Below, one piece after another: positions 7,992 to 14,554 of a stretch of DNA of 64,000 nucleotides. Under the pieces are notes generated by a model. The model made no database searches, was not told the origin of the DNA, and saw only the letters and a list, made by a program, of their open reading frames with translations. How positions within the stretch are numbered: position 1 is the stretch's first letter; each line of letters starts with the position of its first letter. Both the position numbers and the translations under genes were made by a program. This DNA is from Lentisphaeria bacterium (GTDB lineage: Bacteria > Verrucomicrobiota > Lentisphaeria > JABSQK01 > JAWLHB01): the NCBI GenBank assembly GCA_041690595.1, contig JAWLHB010000021.1, positions 70,599 through 134,598 on the forward strand. The letters are read 5' to 3'.

Positions 7992-9289
7992 AGATCGCGA
8001 TGTTCACGAACACGTATCTGCCCCATGTGGGGGGTGTGGCACGCTCGGTGGAGACCTTTGCGGAGGAACTGCGCAAACTGGATCATCAGGTACATGTGAT
8101 CTGCCCCACCTTCGCGGACGAGGTGGACAGTACGGAATCGGTGTTGCGGGTACCGGCGATCCAGAATTTCAACGGCAGCGACTTCTCGGTACGGCTGGCG
8201 GTGCCGGGCTACATAAGCGGCCACCTCTATGACTTCCAGCCGGATATCATCCATGCGCACCATCCTTTTCTGTTGGGCGATGCGGCGTTGCGGGCCGCTC
8301 GGGAGTTGGGGCATCCTCTCGTCTTCACGCACCATACGCTTTACGAGAAATACACCCACTATGTGCCCATGAATTCCAAGCGGCTGCAGCAGTTCGTCAT
8401 CCGACTCAGTACCGAGTATGCCAACTTCTGCGACCATATCATCGCTCCCAGTGAAAGCATCGCCAGCCTGATCAGGGAGCGAGGCGTCCAGAAGCCGATC
8501 ACCGCCATTCCGACCGGCGTGGATCTGGCCTTTTTTGCCGCGGGTGATGGGCGGCGCCTGCGCGAAGAACTGGGCATCCCACCGGAGGCGCAGGTCATCG
8601 GACACCTTGGACGGCTGGCCCCGGAGAAGAACCTCGATTTTCTGACCAGAGCGGTGGCCCGCAGCATGGCGCATGACCATAAGGAACGGCAACGGGTTTT
8701 TCTGGTGGTGGGCAGTGGACCCTCGGAAGCCGACATCGCGCGCCTCTTCGATGAAGCCGGCCTGCGCGATCGACTGTATCTCGCCGGCAAGCGAACCGGC
8801 AAGGACCTGGCGGACGCCTATGCGGCCATGGACCTTTTCGTCTTTGCCAGCAAGTCTGAAACGCAGGGGATGGTGCTGGCGGAAGCCATGGCTGCCGGCA
8901 AGCCGGTGATCGCCTTGGATGCATCCGGCACCCGAGAGGTCGTTCGCGATCCCGAAACGGGGCGCCTGCTGCCTGGCGACGCCGACGAGGCAGCCTTCGC
9001 CAACGCCATTGATGACTTTCCCATGGTGGGCGATGCCTACCAGCGTTGCGTCCAGTCGGTGCTCAAGAACGTCCAGGCGTTCAGTCGCGAGAGCTGTGGT
9101 CGTCGTCTAGCCGACGTCTATGAGGACTTGAGCGCGCGAGCCAGGATCGAGGCTCAAGAGAATGGCTACAGCGCGTGGGACTCCCTGCTGGCGCGGCTAC
9201 AGGTCGAATGGGATCTGCTTATGGAGAAGTCCTCGGCGCTGCTGGCTGCCGCCGAGACGCACGATTCAACCGAAGAACCAGACGAGTAA
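7988..9289 (+). CDS. GT4-family (GT-B) glycosyltransferase
   Basis: N-terminus MKIAMFTNTYLPHVGGVA. E-x7-E motif ETQGMVLAEAMAAGKPVIA. ATGA overlap (7988-7991) with the upstream gene. Confidence 0.88.
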   Translation: MKIAMFTNTYLPHVGGVARSVETFAEELRKLDHQVHVICPTFADEVDSTESVLRVPAIQNFNGSDFSVRLAVPGYISGHLYDFQPDIIHAHHPFLLGDAALRAARELGHPLVFTHHTLYEKYTHYVPMNSKRLQQFVIRLSTEYANFCDHIIAPSESIASLIRERGVQKPITAIPTGVDLAFFAAGDGRRLREELGIPPEAQVIGHLGRLAPEKNLDFLTRAVARSMAHDHKERQRVFLVVGSGPSEADIARLFDEAGLRDRLYLAGKRTGKDLADAYAAMDLFVFASKSETQGMVLAEAMAAGKPVIALDASGTREVVRDPETGRLLPGDADEAAFANAIDDFPMVGDAYQRCVQSVLKNVQAFSRESCGRRLADVYEDLSARARIEAQENGYSAWDSLLARLQVEWDLLMEKSSALLAAAETHDSTEEPDE

Positions 9290-9296
9290 GCGCGAA

Positions 9297-9321
9297 CTTG
9301 CATGATATAGTACCATGCAAG
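9297..9321 (+). promoter_or_regulatory. 8-bp perfect inverted repeat CTTGCATG-N9-CATGCAAG enclosing a TGATATAGT extended -10 box (9306..9311)
   Basis: Read directly. It starts 8 nt after the GT4 stop and is 53 nt before ATG 9364. Operator or terminator hairpin superimposed on a promoter. Confidence 0.4.
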
Positions 9322-9363
9322 CCTTGTGCTGTTCGTTTGACATTCAACAGAGGAGGATATCTC

Positions 9364-9753
9364 ATGTTCAAGAAACTGGGCGACAGCCTGATGGCCGGTC
9401 TTGGCGCCGTGGTGCTGACCCGTGAGAAGATCGCGGAGGTGACGCAGCGGCTTGTCGATGAGGCCAAGCTGACACGTGACGAAGCGACGCGCCTGAATCA
9501 CGAGTTGATGGAACGCGGCGAGACGGAATGGCATACACTTGAGCAGGAGTTGGGTAGCCGCCTGCAGGCCGGACGCGAAAAGCTTGGCTTTGGCTATCGC
9601 GACGAGATCGACCGCCTTGGCGCCCGAGTGGAGGATCTGGAGAAGAAGATCAGCCTTCTGGAGTCAGTAGTGGCGCGTCAGGCGGCGACCGCGCAGGCGC
9701 AGATGCAGGCAAACGCGCAGGATTCGCATAACGAGGGCAAGGAACCAATCTAA
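9364..9753 (+). CDS. phasin-like protein (PHA-granule/COG3937-type coiled-coil protein)
   Basis: Internal ATG of ORF 9175..9753 with AGGAGG 7 nt upstream. MFKKLGDSLMAGLGAVVLTREKIAEVTQRLVDEAKLTRDEA matches the phasin-family N-terminus as I recall it. The remainder is coiled-coil-like. Confidence 0.55.
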   Translation: MFKKLGDSLMAGLGAVVLTREKIAEVTQRLVDEAKLTRDEATRLNHELMERGETEWHTLEQELGSRLQAGREKLGFGYRDEIDRLGARVEDLEKKISLLESVVARQAATAQAQMQANAQDSHNEGKEPI

Positions 9754-9754
9754 G

Positions 9755-11398
9755 GTGGAACTGAGACCTCTCGCCAATCTCGCCCGCTTCCGCGAGATCG
9801 TCACGATCCTCTTCAAGTATGGTTTCGACGATCTGGTCGATCGTCTCGATCTGCCGACCTTTCCCTTTCGCCTGCGAGTGGAACGGGCCGATACCAGCAT
9901 GACGACGGGCGAGCGCATCCGCTGCGCCCTGCAGGAGCTTGGACCGACCTTTATCAAGTTCGGACAGACGATGAGCCTGCGACCCGATGTTCTGCCCCAG
10001 CATCTGATCAAGGAGTTGAGCAAACTGCAGGATGATGTGGCTCCGGTTCCCTTCGAGATGCTGCGCGCGGACATGGAAGATGACCTGAATGGACCGATCG
10101 AGTCGGTATTCAGCTTGTTTGACAGCATGCCCATTGCCGCGGCATCCCTATCGCAGGTGCATCGCGGCATCCTCGCTGACACCGGCGAAGTGGTGGCTGT
10201 CAAGATCCAACGACCCAACATCACCTCCATCATCGAGACGGATCTCAACATTCTCGAGGCCATCGCCCACCGCATTCACAACCACTATGCCGACCTGCAG
10301 ATCTATGACCTGCCCAGTCTTGTTGCCTTGACCCGGCGCACCCTGCGGCGGGAACTCGATTTCCGGCGGGAAGCACGCAACATGACCATCGCCAGGAACA
10401 ACCTCGGCGATATGAAGCGCATTCGCATCCCGATTCCGAACAGCCGACTCACGACCCGGCGGCTGCTCGTCATGGAGTACATCCACGGAAAGAAGCTGAT
10501 CGACCTGACGCCAGGCGAGTTGCATAACCGCGAGCAGCTCGGCCGCGATGGCCTCCAGGCCACGCTGCGACAGGTCCTCGAGTTCGGCTTCTTCCACGCC
10601 GATCCCCATCCCGGCAATCTCCTTGTCTCCAATGGCGACAAGCTCTGCCTCCTCGACTGGGGCATGGTCGGACGGCTGACGCAGGAAGACCGTGAGCTGC
10701 TGCTCGATCTCGTCAAGGCCGTCGTTGAAAACGATCCCACCGCGGCTACCGACTACGTGCTGGCCATGACCCGGGCGGACAAGGGGAGGATCGAACGGCG
10801 CGACCTCGAGCGCGACCTCATGGACATCCTCGACGCGTATGGATCGATCCCACTTCAGCAGCTCTCTCTGGGACAACTGCTGATGGATGTGGGAGCCGTC
10901 CTGCGGACGTACAGGCTGCGCATGCCGCCAAACATGTTCCTTATGGTCAAGGCCCTGGCCGCGGCCGAGCAGGTTGGGCGCAGCATCTATCCGGAACTGA
11001 ACGTCGTCGAAGAGGCGGAGCCGACCGTACGGCGCCTCTCTCAGCGGCGCTACCGCCCCGGCGCCATCTGGCATGAAGCGCGCAACCTCGCCATCTCTCT
11101 CTTCCGCTTCAACCGGAACCTGCCGTCGCAGGTCCAGGAGATCGTCTCCAAGCTGCAGGGAGGTGACCTGAGCATTCGCTTCGAGCATGAGAACCTGGAA
11201 CCGATGCGGCGCACCTTGACCGATGCCAGTCAACGGTTGACGCTTGCCATCATCATCGGCTCGATGATCATTGGCTCGTCGGCGGTGATCACCGTCGAGG
11301 GCTATTCCGTCATTGGGATCGTGGGCTATATCCTTTCGGGCGTCATCGGCCTCTGGCTCGTCTATTCAGTCATACGCTCGACCCGCCGCTTCCGCTGA
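9755..11398 (+). CDS. ubiB: UbiB/ABC1-family atypical kinase with two C-terminal TM helices
   Basis: Motifs AAASLSQVHRG, VAVKIQRPNI, FFHADPHPGNLLV. GTG start lies 1 nt after the phasin-like stop. Confidence 0.85.
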   Translation: MELRPLANLARFREIVTILFKYGFDDLVDRLDLPTFPFRLRVERADTSMTTGERIRCALQELGPTFIKFGQTMSLRPDVLPQHLIKELSKLQDDVAPVPFEMLRADMEDDLNGPIESVFSLFDSMPIAAASLSQVHRGILADTGEVVAVKIQRPNITSIIETDLNILEAIAHRIHNHYADLQIYDLPSLVALTRRTLRRELDFRREARNMTIARNNLGDMKRIRIPIPNSRLTTRRLLVMEYIHGKKLIDLTPGELHNREQLGRDGLQATLRQVLEFGFFHADPHPGNLLVSNGDKLCLLDWGMVGRLTQEDRELLLDLVKAVVENDPTAATDYVLAMTRADKGRIERRDLERDLMDILDAYGSIPLQQLSLGQLLMDVGAVLRTYRLRMPPNMFLMVKALAAAEQVGRSIYPELNVVEEAEPTVRRLSQRRYRPGAIWHEARNLAISLFRFNRNLPSQVQEIVSKLQGGDLSIRFEHENLEPMRRTLTDASQRLTLAIIIGSMIIGSSAVITVEGYSVIGIVGYILSGVIGLWLVYSVIRSTRRFR

Positions 11399-11701
11399 TC
11401 ACTTCTTCATTTTTGCCTGACAATCGGGGCAAACGGCGATGTTGGTCTCGCAATGAGCGCACGCGTGGACCTGCGCCGGACGGTGCTCGTAGGTCCACAT
11501 GTTGCTGGCAGTCCGCTCGCACATGGGGCAGACAGTCTTGTTGTAGGCCACATGTTCGATCCTTTGTGCCTCACTGGCCGTGTTGCAGTATGGACAGGTG
11601 GTGGCCTTGGCGTCGGCAAGCCCGTCATCGGTCTGGCAGCCCGTCAGCACGCCAAGCGAGACCAGGCACAAGAGTGAGAGGGTGGCGGAGAGTAGTTTCA
11701 T
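11399..11701 (-). CDS. small Cys-rich lipoprotein (four CxxC pairs), unknown function
   Basis: Signal peptide plus lipobox LTGC. CxxC pairs: CPYC, CPMC, CAHC, CPDC. GGAG upstream of ATG 11701. Its stop abuts the ubiB stop (TGATCA at 11396-11401). Confidence 0.6.
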   Translation of the reverse strand: MKLLSATLSLLCLVSLGVLTGCQTDDGLADAKATTCPYCNTASEAQRIEHVAYNKTVCPMCERTASNMWTYEHRPAQVHACAHCETNIAVCPDCQAKMKK

Positions 11702-11830
11702 GATGCAACTCCATGGTATGTAGGTTAAGGCAGCCGAATGGATGTATGCGGGTTATGCCTCGCAAGTACCATAGCGACAGTTGGAATGCAATGACAAGAT
11801 GGCTTGGACATATCAGCCGATCTTGACGGA

Positions 11831-13165
11831 CTACATCTCTTCAATGCGCTCGTAAGGATAAATGGAGTCATGGCCGTCGCTCCAGCCAATCGAGACAGCA
11901 TAATTGCCCATCGACTCGAGGCGGGAGGGGACGATGTCTTCCGGAACCGACGCGGGATCCAGCTTCGGCTTGCCGCTCATCTCGTCCACGCAATGGGCGC
12001 AGCGACAGGCCCGACGAAGCGCCGCCGGCGCGACGACGATTTCCTTGTCAGCAAGCGAATAGACGATTCCACGCTCTGGTGAGAAGGTGACTTCCGGCTT
12101 CTTGAGCCCGCCGTGCAGAACCTTGCTCACTTCACGTACCACGGATTCGCCAAGCTCACCATAAATGCAGCTCACCGGATGCTCGGGCTCCTCGACCACC
12201 ATGGGGCTGCCGGTATCCGCATATCTGGCGATTGCCCCAACCATCGGAATCTCGAATGCAGCGTGAATGCCGAACTGCTCCACCAGGCGGCGCTGCGCAC
12301 CCTCGCCGAAGATGTCATGGCGCGCATCGCACTTGTCGCAGACAAAGTAGCTCATGTTCTCGACAACGCCGATGACCGGGACATTGAGCTTGTCGAACAT
12401 CTGGATTCCCTTCACCACATCGACAAAGCTGATCTCCTGCGGTGTCGTGACGATGAGCGCCGCGGTCATGGGGATGAGCTGACAGAGGGTGAGCTGAATG
12501 TCGCCCGTCCCGGGCGGCATGTCGATGATGAGATAGTCAAGCGTTCCCCAGTCGGTGCCGGTGACAAGTTGGTTGATCACGTTGCTGACCATGGGGCCGC
12601 GCATGATCGCTGGCCCGCCACCACTGCCGTGGCTGGCCCACCCGAAGGACATCAGCTTGATGCCGTCCTTCTCCAGCGGCACGATCAGGCTGCCATGCTG
12701 GTAAAGGCCATCGAAGTTGTCGATGCGCACCATGGTGGGCAGGCTCGGGCCATAAACGTCGGCGTCGAAGATGCCGACTTTGGCTCCCTGCCTGGCAAGC
12801 GTGAACGCAAGATTGACCGCGACGGTGGATTTCCCGACGCCGCCCTTGCAACTGGAGACGGCGATTATTGACCGCACGGCTTCCAGCCCGGGACCGACCT
12901 TGGCAAAGTGCCCCTTGCGCTTGGAAGCTGTCATGGTTACCTCGACCTTGGTTACCCAATCGAGTTCCCTGACCACTTCTTCACTGCGCAGCTTGAACTG
13001 ATCCTTGACGGGGCAGGCGGGAGTGGTCAGTTCCACTTTGAAAGCGACTTCGCCACCCTCACTGATCTCGAGGTTCTTGATGAAGCCGAGGGTGACGATA
13101 TCTTTTCCCAAGTCGGGATCGATAATGCCTCTGAGCTTGTCGAGGACTTGCTGCTTCTGGTCCAT
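11831..13165 (-). CDS. Mrp/ApbC/NBP35-family Fe-S cluster carrier ATPase with N-terminal DUF59 and C-terminal DUF971-like domains (HCF101-like architecture)
   Basis: ORF trimmed to ATG 13165 (AGGAG upstream). Motifs: IIDPDLGKDIVTLGF (DUF59), CKGGVGKST (deviant Walker A), CDKCD, C-terminal GNYAVSIGWSDGHDSIYPY. Confidence 0.85.
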   Translation of the reverse strand: MDQKQQVLDKLRGIIDPDLGKDIVTLGFIKNLEISEGGEVAFKVELTTPACPVKDQFKLRSEEVVRELDWVTKVEVTMTASKRKGHFAKVGPGLEAVRSIIAVSSCKGGVGKSTVAVNLAFTLARQGAKVGIFDADVYGPSLPTMVRIDNFDGLYQHGSLIVPLEKDGIKLMSFGWASHGSGGGPAIMRGPMVSNVINQLVTGTDWGTLDYLIIDMPPGTGDIQLTLCQLIPMTAALIVTTPQEISFVDVVKGIQMFDKLNVPVIGVVENMSYFVCDKCDARHDIFGEGAQRRLVEQFGIHAAFEIPMVGAIARYADTGSPMVVEEPEHPVSCIYGELGESVVREVSKVLHGGLKKPEVTFSPERGIVYSLADKEIVVAPAALRRACRCAHCVDEMSGKPKLDPASVPEDIVPSRLESMGNYAVSIGWSDGHDSIYPYERIEEM

Positions 13166-13190
13166 TATGTCAAAACTCCTGATGCCGTGA

Positions 13191-14525
13191 TCATGGTATG
13201 GGTAATTCGCTGGGACTGCCGGGCACAACCGGGACAATCAGTCGTTCCAGTTCCTGTTGTGAGACTTCTTCGATGCTGATTGGAGTTGCCTGCTGGCGCT
13301 CTTGAGCAAGTCGGTTGCTGAGGGCGTTGAAGAGGAGCATCACAAGTCCAAGCAGGACGATGATAATACCGGCCCAGATGAGGCGAGAGCGCTGCTGGCG
13401 CTTTTCGGCGAGTGCCTCTTCCCCATCATCTTCGTCCTGCTCCGCGCCGGGATAGATGCTTGCGGTGGTCGTATCGGCAGAACGCTTCAGCAACGCATCC
13501 TGAGTGTCGCCCAATTCGTGACTGACGAGGCCAAGCACTTCGTCCTGGTCGAGGTCGTACGTGCGGCAAAGGCTCTTGACGTAGCTCTTGGTGTAGATTG
13601 GGGCGACGGGCAGATCGCGCAGGCTGCCTTCTTCGAGCATCCGTATGTAATCGGTTCGAATGTGGGTGGTGCTGGCAACGTCCTTGACCGCGAGCTTGTG
13701 CTCTTCACGGGCATTACGGAGAATATGCCCGATGTGCTTTGAGCCTTCGGTTATGGAGTGCTGATCGGTCTGCACCAATTGAACCTGCAACCGCGGCGGT
13801 GGCGGTGGCGGTGGCGAATCAGGCGGTTCCAAGGGGGCAGGCGTATCAGGGGGATCGACACTGATCTCATCGAGTTCGGCATCCGCCACCGCCGGTGGCG
13901 GCGTAACGGCGAGCCTGGCGAGTTTCGGCGGCGTCTTGCGGCGGGTGGGAATGGCGCGCACCAACTTGATCGGCGTGGGCAGAGGTCGTGCTTCATCGCT
14001 CTCCGCCTCGAAATCGTCCGCGGCATCGGGTGTGACCACCTCATCGGGTTCATCCGGCTCTGGCTCCGGCTCGTCATGATTCACATCTGCCCTTTGGCCT
14101 GACTCCGATTGAGAACCCTCCGTCACGGCGATGCCGCCAAGTTCTGGCTCTGGCTCTGGCTCTGGCTCTGGCTCGGGCTCTGGTTCCGGCTCTGGCTCCG
14201 GCTCCGGGGGTGGTTCGGGTTCCGGCTCGGGCTTGGCATTCAGTTCCGGCTTGGACGTCAACTTGGCTTCAGATTCGGGAACCGGGTCGGATTCTGGCAT
14301 GATGTGCTCGATGGAAAGCTCTTCCGCTGGTTCGTGGGGTTCGGGTGGCGACGCTGGCGGTTGTCCGAGACCTGTCAAGTCTTCGTCACGGGAGGAGATC
14401 TCCGGCTGCTCCGGCACCGGCACGGCGGCATCGGGGAACTCCGGCTCGGCTTCCGGCAAATCGAAGGGGAGGCGCTGTTGCCACAACCCGTCAGCCGGTG
14501 TGTCTTTCTTTTTCCTGCGTGCCAT
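13191..14525 (-). CDS. RodZ-like XRE-HTH membrane protein with a ~270-aa acidic Pro/Glu-rich N-terminal extension
   Basis: HTH region [36 protein letters not shown]. One TM helix [18 protein letters not shown]. (PE)n run [29 protein letters not shown] and a PPPPPPP run. Confidence 0.6.
   Translation of the reverse strand: MARRKKKDTPADGLWQQRLPFDLPEAEPEFPDAAVPVPEQPEISSRDEDLTGLGQPPASPPEPHEPAEELSIEHIMPESDPVPESEAKLTSKPELNAKPEPEPEPPPEPEPEPEPEPEPEPEPEPEPELGGIAVTEGSQSESGQRADVNHDEPEPEPDEPDEVVTPDAADDFEAESDEARPLPTPIKLVRAIPTRRKTPPKLARLAVTPPPAVADAELDEISVDPPDTPAPLEPPDSPPPPPPPRLQVQLVQTDQHSITEGSKHIGHILRNAREEHKLAVKDVASTTHIRTDYIRMLEEGSLRDLPVAPIYTKSYVKSLCRTYDLDQDEVLGLVSHELGDTQDALLKRSADTTTASIYPGAEQDEDDGEEALAEKRQQRSRLIWAGIIIVLLGLVMLLFNALSNRLAQERQQATPISIEEVSQQELERLIVPVVPGSPSELPIP
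14144..14233. repeat. hexanucleotide (GGCTCT/GGCTCC/GGTTCC) tandem repeat encoding (Pro-Glu)n on the minus strand
   Basis: Read directly from the sequence. It lies inside the RodZ-like CDS. Confidence 0.85.
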
Positions 14526-14554
14526 GGCGGATAGCGAGCGGGTTGCTCAACGGG

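Noticed and set aside
14144-14233. Possible CRISPR-like or spacer-containing repeat array
   Set aside because: It is a contiguous 6-nt microsatellite without spacers, in frame inside a CDS. Not a CRISPR array.
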